Below, piece after piece: positions 1 through 14,427 of a DNA stretch of 35,260 nucleotides (position 1 is the stretch's first letter; each line of letters begins with the position of its first letter). A program made the translations under genes and the position numbers. This DNA is from Callorhinchus milii (lineage: Eukaryota). The DNA lies in contig NW_024705548.1 of the NCBI RefSeq assembly GCF_018977255.1, positions 1 to 35,260 on the forward strand, read 5' to 3'. Under the pieces are notes generated by a model. That model was not told where the DNA came from and did no database searches. It worked only from the letters and a program-made list of their open reading frames with translations.

Positions 1-720
1 TTTCTTTAATGAAAAATCAAAGAAATGTTTTCAATGTAGTTTTTAAGAATTTTACTTTTTAAACATTTAATATGTAATGTCATAAAATCATTAAAATTGT
101 TTGAAAGTATTCATATAGGTATATGAATTTCTGTGCATCTTATTCAAAAACAAATTAAATATTAATGATTGCCTTTTACGAAATTTAATAATTTTTAATT
201 ATTTTATTGTTCGATCTTGTGGCGAAAATTCTAACAATTTTTTGTTGCGTACCAATCTGACGGTAAGTGACATTTGCTGCGATTCTAACCCTAACCCCAA
301 AATAAGTATATTTTGGCTTATATGTTTTATTTCTGTTTTATATAATAATATCGAGTGAGATAAAATGTTTAGAAGAAATCATTTTATAAAAATAATTCAA
401 ACGAGTGGTCAAAACATCCACCAAAATAAAAGTGCCGAGATTTTCAAAATATTGCGTGAACTTAAATCGTAATTATTTTCATGATATTTGTTACGATTTT
501 CACATCAAATGTTTCATAGGATTTTTTTTAATCGCAGGAATATTCCCACTGAAATAAATTGTCATTTGTTAGTAGCACCATGAAGAAAAGTAAAGAATGT
601 GGATAGCACAACTCAAGAAAATAAAATTGTGTAGATTTTTCATAAAAAATCCATTTGAATAAATTGTAAATTAAAAAAACAAACAAAATTATGCTTGTTT
701 TTGAACAAGATGCACAGAAA
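1..720. repeat. AT-rich satellite monomer 1 (720 bp)
   Basis: It aligns along its length with 721-1431. Shared motifs include ctgtgcatcttattcaaaaac, cgagtgagataaaatg, gagtggtcaaaacatccacc and attgcgtgaacttaaatcg. Confidence 0.95.
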
Positions 721-722
721 TT
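126..722. mobile_element. Possible MITE/foldback-derived core of the satellite monomer, bounded by 28-bp inverted repeats
   Basis: 126-153 aatttctgtgcatcttattcaaaaacaa is the reverse complement of 695-722 ttgtttttgaacaagatgcacagaaatt at 27/28. The repeat itself is certain. The mobile-element origin is inference, with no target-site duplication or transposase seen. Confidence 0.4.
285..316. other. Short telomere-like (TAACCC)2 motif abutting an 8-bp hairpin
   Basis: ctaaccctaacccc is followed by ccaaaata-agta-tattttgg (297-316). Related motifs occur at ~1002-1042, ~20103-20134 and ~20814-20855. Confidence 0.75.
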
Positions 723-1431
723 TCTTTAACGAAAAATCAGATAAATGTTTTTAATGTAGTTTTTAAAAATTTGCTTTTTAAAAATTTAATATGTAATGTC
801 ATAAATCATTAAAACTATTAGAATGTATTCATATAGTTATATGACTTTCTGTGCATCTTATTCAAAAACAAATTAAATTTTAATGATTGCCTTTTAATAC
901 TTTCAATAATTTTAATTATTTTAGTGTAGGATCTTGTAGCGAAAATTCTAATAAATTTCTTTACGTACCAATCTGAAGGCAAGTGATATTTGCTGCGATT
1001 ATAACCCTAACCCAAAACCAACCCCAAAATAAGTATATTTGGCTTATATGTTTTATTTCTATGTTTTGTATAATAATATCGAGTGAGATAAAATGTTTCG
1101 AAGAAATTATTTTAGAAAAATAATTCAAACGAGTGGTCAAAACATCCACCAAAATAAAAGTGCCGACATTTTCTTCAAAATATTGCGTGAACTTAAATCG
1201 TAATTGTTTTTATGATATTCGTTACGATGTCCACATTAAATTTTTCATAGAATTTTTTTTAATCGCAGGAATATACCCACTCAAATAAATTGCCATTTGT
1301 TAACAGCAGCATGAAACAACATTCAACAAAATAAAGTTGTGTAGATTTTTCATAAAAAATCAATTTCAATAAATTTTAAAGTAAAAAAAACAAACAAAAT
1401 TATGCTTGTTTTTGAACAAGATGCAGAGAAA
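721..1431. repeat. AT-rich satellite monomer 2 (711 bp)
   Basis: Tandem diverged copy of 1-720. The next monomer start is at 1432. Confidence 0.95.
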
Positions 1432-1490
1432 TTTCTTAAATGAAAAATCAAGCAAATGTTTTTAATGTAGTTTTTAAACATTTACTTTTT
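1432..1490. repeat. Truncated satellite monomer 3 (first ~59 bp), ending at the array junction
   Basis: It matches positions 1-60, then tttacttttt is followed by ggatggat instead of aaacattt. Confidence 0.93.
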
Positions 1491-1879
1491 GGATGGATGG
1501 ATGGATGGACGGAAGGACGGACGGACGGACGGACGGACGGATGGATGGCTGGTTGGCTGGATGGCTGGATGGATGGATGGATGGATGGATTGATGGATAA
1601 ATAGAAGGACGACCGGACAGACGGACGGACGGAAGGACGGACGGACGGATCGATGGATGGAAGGACGGATCGATGGATGGAAGGATGGATAGATGGATGG
1701 ATGGAAGGATGAATGGATGGATGGATGGATGGATCGAAGGATGGATGGATGGATGGTGGATGGTTGGATGGATGGATGGATGGATGGATGGATGGATGGA
1801 TGGATGGATGGATGGATGGATGGATGGATGGATGGATGGACGGACGGACGGACGGACGGACGGACGGACGGACGGAAGG

Positions 1880-1913
<34 letters not shown>

Positions 1914-3252
1914 TGACGGATAAATAGACGGACGACCGGACAGACGGACGGACGGACGGACGGACGGACGGAGGGAGGGAGGGGAGGGAGGGAGGGAGGG
2001 AGGAGGGAGGGAGGGAGGGAGGGAGGGAGAGGGAGGGAGGGGAGGGAGGGGGGGGGAGGAGGGAGGGAGGGAGGGAGGCAGGGATGGATGGATGGATGGA
2101 TGGATGGATGGATGGATGGATGGATGGATGGATGGATGGATGGATGGATGGATGGAAGGACGGACGGACGGACGGACGGACGGACGGTCGGACGGACGGA
2201 CTGAGAGACGGACGGACGGACGGACGAACGGACAGACAGAAGATAGATGGATGGATGGATGGGTGGGTAGGTAGGCAGGCAGGCAGGCAGGCAGGCAGAC
2301 AGTCGGACGGACGGACGGACGGACGGACGGGCGGACGGGCGGGCGGGTGAGCGGGCGCGCGGGCGGCGGGCGGCGCGCGACGGGCGGACGGGCGGACGGA
2401 CGGACGGGCGGACGGCGGACGGACGGACGGACGGACGGCGGGCTGGGTGGGTGGGTAGGCAGGCAGGCAGGCAGGCAGGCAGGCATGCAGCCTGCCGGAC
2501 GGACGGACGGACGGACGGACGGAAGATAGATGGATGGATGGATGGATGGATGGATGGGTGGGTAGGCAGGCAGGCAGGCAGGCAGGTAGGCAGGCAGGCA
2601 GGCAGGCATGCAGACTGCCGGACGGACGGACGGACGGACGGACGGGCGGGCGGACGGGCGGACGGGCGGACGGGCGGACGGCGGACGGCGGCTGGGTGGG
2701 TGGGTAGGCAGGCAGGCAGGCAGGCAGGCAGACAGCCGGACGGACGGACGGACGGACGGACGGACGGACGGACGGACGGGCGGACGGGCGGGCGGGCGGA
2801 CGGGCGGACGGGCGGACGGGCGGACGGGCGGACGGACGGACGGACGGCGGGCTGGGTGGGTGGGTAGGCAGGCAGGCAGGCAGGCAGGCAGGCATGCAGA
2901 CTGCCGGACGGACGGACGGACGGACGGACGGACGGAAGATAGATGGATGGATGGATGGATGGATGGATGGATGGATGGATGGATGGGTGGGTAGGCAGGC
3001 AGGCAGGCAGGCAGGTAGGCAGGCAGGCAGGCATGCAGACTGCCGGACGGACGGACAGACAGACGGACGGGCGGGCGGGCGGACGGGCGGACGGGCGGAC
3101 GGGCGGACGGGCGGAGGGACGGACGGACGGACGGACGGAGGGAGGGAGGGAGGGAGGCAGGGATGGATGGATGGATGGATGGATGGATGGATGGATGGAT
3201 GGATGGATGGATGGAAGGAAGGACGGACGGACGGACGGACGGACGGACGGAC

Positions 3253-3284
<32 letters not shown>

Positions 3285-3366
3285 AGACAGAAGATAGATG
3301 GATGGATGGATGGATGGATGGGTGGGTAGGTAGGTAGGCAGGCAGGCAGGCAGGCAGGCAGGCAGT

Positions 3367-3399
<33 letters not shown>

Positions 3400-3403
3400 A
3401 GGA

Positions 3404-3437
<34 letters not shown>

Positions 3438-3498
3438 ACAGCCAGATGGACGGACGGACGGACGGACGGACGGACCGACAGACAGACAGACAGACAGA
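1491..3498 (+). repeat. G-rich arm of the compound microsatellite, unit 1: (GGAT)n, (GGAC)n, (GGGA)n, (GGCA)n, (GGCGGACG)n, (GACA)n
   Basis: Read directly from the sequence. It is purine-rich on the + strand and has internal sub-repeats (gaagatagatgg at ~2240, 2522, 2935, 3291). Confidence 0.97.
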
Positions 3499-4149
3499 TC
3501 TATCCGTCTATCTGTCCATCTATCTATCTATCCATCCATCCAGCCATTCATCCATCCATCCAATCATCCATCCATTCATCCATTCTTCCATACATCCATA
3601 GATTCTTACATCCATCCATGCACCTATCCATCCATCCATCCACCCATCTCTCCATCCATCCATCCAAACATCCATCCATCCATCCATCCATTCATCCAAC
3701 CAACCATCTATCCATCCATTCATGCATCCCGCAACCGTCCGGCCGTCCGTCCATCCATCCATCCATCCAACCATTCATCCATCCATCCATCCATCCATCC
3801 ATCCATTCATCCATCCATCCATCCATCCATCCATCCATCCATCCAACCATCCTTCCGTCCGTCTATCTATCCGTCTATCTGTCCATCTATCTATCTATCC
3901 ATCCATCCATCGATCCATCCATCCCATCCATCCATCCATCCATCCATCCATTCATCCATCCATCCATCCATCCAACCATCCATCCATCCATCCATCGAAC
4001 CATCCATCCATCCATCCATCCATCCATTCATCCATCCATCGATCCGTCCGTCCGTCCGTCCGTCTATCAGTCCGTCTATACATCCATCCATCCATCCATC
4101 AATCCATCGATTCGTCCGTCCGTCCGTCCGTCCGTCCTTCCGTCCGTCT

Positions 4150-4496
<347 letters not shown>

Positions 4497-5871
4497 TCCA
4501 TCCATCCATCCATCCACTCATCCATCCATCCAATCATCCATGCATCCATCCATCCATTCATCCATCCATCCATCGATTCTTCCGTCCGTCCGTCCTTCCG
4601 TCCGTCCGTCCGTCCGTCTGTCCATCCGTCCGTTCGTCCGTCTATCTATCCATCTGTCTGTCCATCTATCTATCTATCTATCCATCCATCCAGCCATTCA
4701 TCCATCCATGCAATCACCCATCCATCCATCCGTCTATCCATCCATGCATCCATCCATCCATCCATCCAACCATCCATCCTTCCATCCATCTATCCACCCA
4801 TCCATCCATCCATCCATCCATTCATGCATTCATCCATCCATCGATCCATCGATCCGTCCGTCCGTATGTCCTTCCGTCCGTCCGTCCGTCCGTCCTACCG
4901 TCCGTCCGTCCGTCCGTCCGTCCGACCGTCTGAACGTCCGTCCATCTATCTGTCCGTCTATCCATCCATCCATCCATCCATCCAACCATTCATCCATCCA
5001 TCCATCCATCCATCCATTCATCCATCCATCGATCCGTCCGTCCGTCCGTCCGTCTATCAGTCCGTCTATCTGTCCATCTATGTATCTATCTATCCATCCA
5101 TCCATCCATCCATTCATCCATCCATCCAATCATCCATGCATCCATCCATCCATTCATCCATTCATCCATCGATTCTTCCGTCCGTCCGTTCGTCCTTCCG
5201 TCCGTCCGTACGTCCGTACTTCTGTCCATCCGTCCGTTCGTCCGTCTATCTATCCGTCTGTCTGTCCATCTATCTATCTATCCATCCATCCAGCCATTCA
5301 TCCATCCATCCAATCATCCATCCATTCATCCATACATCCATACATTCTTACATCAACCCATGCACCCATCCATCCATCCATCCATCCATCCATTCATCCA
5401 TCCATCCATTCATTCATCCATCCATCCATCCATCCATCCATGCATCCATCCATCCATCCATCCATCCATCCATCCATCGATCCGTCCGTCCGTCCTTCCG
5501 TCCGTCCGTCCGTCCGTCCTACCGTCCGTCCGTCCGTCTGAACGTCCGTCCATCTATTTGTCCGTCTACCCATCCATCCATCCATCCATGCATCCATCCA
5601 TCCATCCATCCATCTATCCATGTATCCATCTATCCATCCAGCCATCCATCCATTCATCCAACCATCCATCCATCCATCCATCCATTCATCCAACCATCCA
5701 TCCATCCAACCATCTATCTATCAATCTATCCATCTAACTATCCATCTATCTTTCCATCTATCTATCTATCTAACCATCCATCCATCCATCGATCCATCGA
5801 TCCGTCCGTCCTTCCGTCCGTCCTTCTGTGCGTTCGTCCGTCTATCTATCCGTCAATCTATCCTTCTATCT

Positions 5872-5903
<32 letters not shown>

Positions 5904-7546
5904 GTCCATGCATCCATCCATCCATCCACCCATCCATCCATCCATCCATCCATCCATGCATCCAACCATCCATCCATCCAACCATCTATCTATCAATCTA
6001 TCCATCTATCTTTCCGTCTATCTACCTAACCATCCATCCATCCATCGATCCATCGATCCGTCCGGCCGTCCTTCCGTCCGTCCTTCTGTGCGTTCGTCCG
6101 TCTATCTATCCGTCAATGTATCCATCTAACTAACCATCCATCCATCCATTCATCCATCCATCCATCCATCCATCCACGCATCCATCCATCCATCCATCCA
6201 TCCATTCATCCATCCATCCTTCCATCCATCCATTCTTCCATCCATCCACCCATCCATCCATCCATCCATCCATCCATCCATCCATCCATCCATCCATCCA
6301 TCCATCCATCCATCCATCCATCCATCCATCCATCCATCCATCTATGCATCCATCCATCCATCCATCCATCCATCCATCCATCCATCCAACCATCCATCCT
6401 TCCATCCATCTATCCACCCATCCATCCATCCATCCATCCATCCATTCTTCCATCCATCCACCCATCCATCCATCCATCCGTCTATCCATCCATCCATCCA
6501 TCCATCCATCCATCCATGCATCCATCCAACCATCCATCCATTCTTCCATCCATCTATCTACCCATCCATGCATCCATCCATCCATCCATCCATGCATCCA
6601 TCCATCCATCGATCCGTCCGTCCGTCCGTCCGTCCTTCCGTCCCTCCCTCCGTCTGAACGTCCGTCCGTCTATCTGTCCGTCTATCCATCCATCCATCCA
6701 TCCATCCATCCATCCATCCAGCCATGCTTCCATCCAACTATCCATCTATCCATCTATCCATCCATCTGTACATCTATACTTCCATCCATCCATCCATCCA
6801 TCCATCCATCCATCCATCCATTCATCCAACCATCCAGCCAACCATCCATCCATCCATCCATCCATCCATCCATCCATCCATCCATCCATCCATCCATCCA
6901 TCCATCCATCCACCCATCCATCCATCCATACATCCATCCATCCAGCCATGCATCCAACCATCCATCCTTCGATCCATCGATCCGTCCGTCCGTCCTTCCG
7001 TCCGTCCGTCCGTCAGTCCTTCCGTCCGTCCGTCCGTCCGTCCGTTGAACATCCGTCCATCTCTCTGTCCGTCTATCCATCCATCCATCCATCCATCCAT
7101 CCATCCATCCAGCCATGCATCCATCCATCCATCCATGCAACCATTCATCCACCCATCCATCCATCCATCTATCCATCTATCCATCTATCCATCTATCCAT
7201 CTATCCATCCATCTGTACATCTATACTTCCATCCATCCATCCATCCATCCATCCATCCATCCATTCTGCCATTCCTCCATCCATCCACCCATCCATCCAT
7301 CCATCCATGCATCCATCCATCGATCCATCGATCCATCGATCCGTCCGTCCGTCCTTCCGTCCGTCCGACTGTCCGTTCGTCCGTCTATCTATCCGTCAAT
7401 GTATCCATCTAACTAACCATCCATCCATCCATCCATCCATCCAACCATCCATCCATACATCCATCCATGCATCCATCCATCCATCCATCCATCCATCCAT
7501 CCATTCATCATCCATCCATCCATCCATCCATCCATCCATCCATCCA

Positions 7547-7706
7547 TTCATTCATTCATTCATTCATTCATTCATTCATTCATTCATTCAGTCAGTCATT
7601 CATTCATTCATTCATTCATTCATTCATTCATTCATTCATTCATTCATTCATTCATTCATTCATTCATTCATTCATTCATTCATTCATTGATTCATTCATT
7701 CATTCA
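7547..7706. repeat. (TTCA)n tract
   Basis: Read directly from the sequence. Further (TTCA)n tracts lie at 11621-11784, 16186-16249, 17211-17481, 27783-27950 and 32219-32315. Confidence 0.95.
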
Positions 7707-8118
7707 TCCATCCAACCATCCATCCATCCATCCATCCATTCATCCATCCATCCATCCATCCATCCATCCATCCAACCATCCTTCCGTCCGTCTATCTATC
7801 CGTCTATCTGTCCATCTATCTATCTATCCATCCATCCATCCATCCATCCATCCATCCATCCATCCATCCATCCATCCATCCATCCATCCATCCATTCATC
7901 CATCCATCCATCCATCCATCCAACCATCCATCCATCCATCCATCGATCCATCCATCCATCCATCCATCCATCCATTCATCCATCCATCGATCCGTCCGTC
8001 CGTCCGTCCGTCTATCAGTCCGTCTATACATCCATCCATCCATCCATCAATCCATCGATTCGTCCGTCCGTCCGTCCGTCCGTCCTTCCGTCCGTCTATC
8101 TATCCATCTATCTATCCG

Positions 8119-8586
<468 letters not shown>

Positions 8587-9953
8587 TCCATCCATCCATC
8601 CATCCACTCATCCATCCATCCAATCATCCATGCATCCATCCATCCATTCATCCATCCATCCATCGATTCTTCCGTCCGTCCGTCCTTCCGTCCGTCCGTC
8701 CGTCCGTCTGTCCATCCGTCCGTTCGTCCGTCTATCTATCCATCTGTCTGTCCATCTATCTATCTATCTATCCATCCATCCAGCCATTCATCCATCCATG
8801 CATTCATCCATCCATCCATCCGTCTATCCATCCATCCATCCATCCATCCATCCATCCAACCATCCATCCTTCCATCCATCTATCCACCCATCCCTCCATC
8901 AATCCATCCATCCATTCATGCATTCATCCATCCATCGATCCATCGATCCGTCCGTCCGTACGTCCGTCCGTCCGTCCGTCCGTCCTACCGTCCGTCCGTC
9001 CGTCCGTCCGTCCGACCGTCTGAACGTCCGTCCATCTATCTGTCCGTCTATCCATCCATCCATCCATCCATCCAACCATTCATCCATCCATCCATCCATC
9101 CATCCATCCGTCCGTCCGTCCGTCTATCTATCCGTCTATCTGTCCATCTATCTATCTATCTATCCATCCATCCATCCATCCATTCATCCATCCATCCAAT
9201 CATCCATGCATCCATCCATCCATTCATCCATTCATCCATCGATTCTTCCGTCCGTCCGTTCGTCCTTCCGTCCGTCCGTACGTCCGTACTTCTGTCCATC
9301 CGTCCGTTCGTCCGTCTATCTATCCGTCTGTCTGTCCATCTATCTATCTATCCATCCATCCAGCCATTCATCCATCCATCCAATCATCCATCCATTCATC
9401 CATACATCCATACATTCTTACATCAACCCATGCACCCATCCATCCATCCATCCATCCATCCATTCATCCATCCATCCATTCATTCATCCATCCATCCATC
9501 CATCCATCCATGCATCCATCCATCCATCCATCCATCCATCCATCCATCCATCGATCCGTCCGTCCGTCCTTCCGTCCGTCCGTCCGTCCGTCCTACCGTC
9601 CGTCCGTCCGTCTGAACGTCCGTCCATCTATTTGTCCGTCTACCCATCCATCCATCCATCCATGCATCCATCCATCCATCCATCCATCCATCTATCCATG
9701 TATCCATCTATCCATCCAGCCATCCATCCATTCATCCAACCATCCATCCATCCATCCATCCATTCATCCAACCATCCATTCATCCAACCATCTATCTATC
9801 AATCTATGCATCTAACTATCCATCTATCTTTCCATCTATCTATCTATCTAACCATCAATCCATCCATCGATCCATCGATCCGTCCGTCCGTCCTTCCGTC
9901 CGTCCTTATGTGCGTTCGTCCGTCTATCTATCCGTCAATCTATCCTTCTATCG

Positions 9954-9985
<32 letters not shown>

Positions 9986-12308
9986 GTCCATGCATCCATC
10001 CATCCATCCACCCATCCATCCATCCATCCATCCATGCATCCATCCATCGATCCATCGATCCATCGATCCGTCCGTCCGTCCTTCCGTCCGTCCGACTGTC
10101 CGTTCGTCCGTCTATCTATCCGTCAATGTATCCATCTAACTAACCATCCATCCATCCATTCATCCATCCATCCATCCATCCATCCACGCATCCATCCATC
10201 CATCCATCCATCCATTCATCCATCCATCCTTCCAACCATCCATCCATTCTTCCATCCATTCTTCCATCCATCCACCCATCCATCCATCCATCCATCCATC
10301 CATCCATCCATCCATCCATCCATCCATCCATCCATCCATCCATCCATCCATCCATCCATCCATCCATCTATGCATCCATCCATCCATCCATCCATCCATC
10401 CATCCATCCATCCATCAAACCATCCATCCTTCCATCCATCTATCCACCCATCCATCCATCCATCCATCCATCCATCCATTCTTCCATCCATCCACCCATC
10501 CATCCATCCATCCGTCTATCCATCCATCCATCCATCCATCCATGCATCCATCCAACCATCCATCCATTCTTCCATCCATCTATCTACCCATCCATGCATC
10601 CATACATCCATCCATCCATGCATCCATCCATCCATCGATCCGTCCCTCCGTCCTTCCGTCCGTCCGTCCTACCGTCCGTCCGTCCGTCCGTCTGAACGTC
10701 CGTCCATCTATCTGTCCGTCTATCCATCCATCCATCCATCCATCCATTCATCCATCCAGCCATGCTTCCATCCAACTATCCATCTATCCATCTATCCATC
10801 CATCTGTACATCTATACTTCCATCCATCCATCCATCCATCCATCCATCCATTCATCCAACCATCCAGCCAACCATCCATCCATCCATCCATCCATCCATC
10901 CATCCATCCATCCATCCATCCATCCATCCATCCATCCATCCATCCACCCATCCATCCATCCATACATCCATCCATCCAGCCATGCATCCAACCATCCATC
11001 CTTCGATCCATCGATCCGTCCGTCCGTCCTTCCGTCCGTCCGTCCGTCAGTCCTTCCGTCCGTCCGTCCGTCCGTCCGTTGAACATCCGTCCATCTCTCT
11101 GTCCGTCTATCCATCCATCCATCCATCCATCCATCCATCCATCCATCCATCCATCCAGCCATGCATCCATCCATCCATCCATGCAACCATTCATCCACCC
11201 ATCCATCCATCCATCTATCCATCTATCCATCTATCCATCTATCCATCTATCCATCCATCTGTACATCTATACTTCCATCCATCCATCCATCCATCCATCC
11301 ATCCATCCATTCTGCCATTCCTCCATCCATCCACCCATCCATCCATCCATCCATGCATCCATCCATCGATCCATCGATCCATCGATCCGTCCGTCCGTCC
11401 TTCCGTCCGTCCGACTGTCCGTTCGTCCGTCTATCTATCCGTCAATGTATCCATCTAACTAACCATCCATCCATCCATCCATCCATCCAACCATCCATCC
11501 ATACATCCATCCATGCATCCATCCATCCATCCATCCATCCATCCATCCATCCATCCATCCATCCATTCATCATCCATCCATCCATCCATCCATCCATCCA
11601 TCCATCCATCCATCCATCCATTCATTCATTCATTCATTCATTCATTCATTCAGTCAGTCATTCATTCATTCATTCATTCATTCATTCATTCATTCATTCA
11701 TTCATTCATTCATTCATTCATTCATTCATTCATTCATTCATTCATTCATTCATTCATTCATTCATTGATTCATTCATTCATTCATCCATCCAACCATCCA
11801 TCCATCCATCCATCCATCCATTCTTCCATCCATCCATCCATCCACCAATCCATCCATCCATCCATCCATCCATCCATCGATCCGTCCGTCCGTCCATCCG
11901 TCCGTCCTTCCGTCCGTCCGTCCTACCGTCCGTCCGTCCGTCCGTCCGTCCGTTCGTCTGAACGTGCTTCCATCTATATGTCCGTCTATCCATCCATCGA
12001 TCCATCTATCCATCCAACCATCCATCCATACATCCATCCATCCATGCACCCATCCATCCATCCATCCGTCCGTCCGTCCGTCCTTCCATCCATCCATGCA
12101 TCCATCCATCCACCCATCCATTCATCCATCCATCCATGCATCCATCCATCCATCCATCCATTCATCGATCCATCCGTCCGTCCAGCCATCCTTCCATCCA
12201 TCCATCCATCCATCCATCCATCCATCCATCCATCCATCCATCCATCCATCCATCCATCCATCCATCCATCCATCTATCCATCTATCCATCCATCTATACA
12301 TCTATCCT

Positions 12309-12341
<33 letters not shown>

Positions 12342-12511
12342 ACATACATCCATCCATACATCCATTCATCCAACCATCCATCCATCCATCCATCCATCCA
12401 TTCATCCAACCATCCATCCATCCATCCATCCATCCATCCATTCATCCAAGCATCCATCCATCCAACCATCTATCTATCAATCTATCCATCTATCTATCAA
12501 TCTATCTTTCC

Positions 12512-13404
<893 letters not shown>

Positions 13405-14272
13405 ACCATCCATCCGTCCGTCCGTCCGTACATCCGCCCTTCCATCCATCCATCCATCCATTCATCGATCCATCCGTCCATCCAACCATCCGTCCATCCA
13501 TTCATCCGTCCTTCCGTCCGTCCGTCCGTCCATCCGTCCGTCCGTCCATCCATAAATCCATCCATCCATCCATCCAACCATCCATCCATCCATCCATCCA
13601 TCGATCCATCCATCCATCCATCCATCCATCCATCCATCCATCCATCCATCCATCCATCGATCCGTCCGTCCTTGCGTCCGTCCGTCCGTCCGTCCTTGCG
13701 TCCGTCCGTCCGTCCGTCCGTGCGTCCGTCCGTCCGTCCGTCCGTCCGTCCGTCCGTCCTTCCGTCCGTCCGTCCGTCCGTCCGTCCGTCCGTCCGTCCG
13801 TCCTACCGTCCGTCCGTCCGTCCGTCCGTCCGTCCGTCCGACCGTCTGAACGTCCGTCCATCTATCTGTCCGTCTATCCATCCATCGATCCATCCATCCA
13901 TCCATCCATGCATCCATCCATCCATCCATCGATCCATCCGTCCTTCCGTCCGTCCGTCCGTCTGAATGTCCGTCCATCTATCTGTCCGTCTATCCATCCA
14001 TCCATCCATCCATCCATCCATCCATCCATCCATCCATCCATGCATCCATCCATCCATCCATCCATCCATCCATCCATGCATCCATCCATCCATCCATCCA
14101 TCCATCCATCCATCTATCCATCCATCCATCCATCTATCCATCTATCTACACATCTATCCTTCCATCCATTCATCCATCCATCCATCCATACATCCATTCA
14201 TCCATTCATCCAACCATCCAGCCATCCATCCATCCATCCATCCATCCATCCATCCATCCATCCATCCATCCA

Positions 14273-14427
14273 TCCCTCCCTCCCTCCCTCCCTCCCTCCC
14301 TCCCTCCCTCCCTCCCTCCCTCCCTCCCCTCCCTCCCTCCCTCCTCCCCTCCCTCCCTCCCTCCCTCCCTCCCTGCCTCCCTCCCTCCCTCCCTCCCTCC
14401 CGCCCTCCCTCCCTCCCTCCCTCCCTC
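14273..14427. repeat. (TCCC)n polypyrimidine tract
   Basis: Read directly from the sequence. Counterparts are at ~33862-33960 and ~34158-34235. Opposite-strand (GGGA)n tracts are at ~1970-2082 and ~22076-22150. Confidence 0.93.

Noticed and set aside
285..300. Telomere or interstitial telomeric array
   Set aside because: Only about two TAACCC units occur per monomer, too short to call telomeric.
1014..1025. Kinetoplast minicircle universal sequence (GGGGTTGGTTTT vs GGGGTTGGTGTA on the minus strand)
   Set aside because: It is a 10/12 match in one monomer only, altered in the other copies, with no other conserved blocks recognised.
961..1152. 63-aa ORF on the minus strand in AT-rich DNA
   Set aside because: It lies inside satellite monomer 2 and the ORF track shows no equivalent in the three other full monomers, so it is a chance ORF.
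1..1490. CRISPR array or prokaryotic/organellar control region
   Set aside because: There is no repeat-unique spacer pattern because the sequence between the 28-bp repeats is itself repeated. No genes, tRNAs or rRNAs are nearby.
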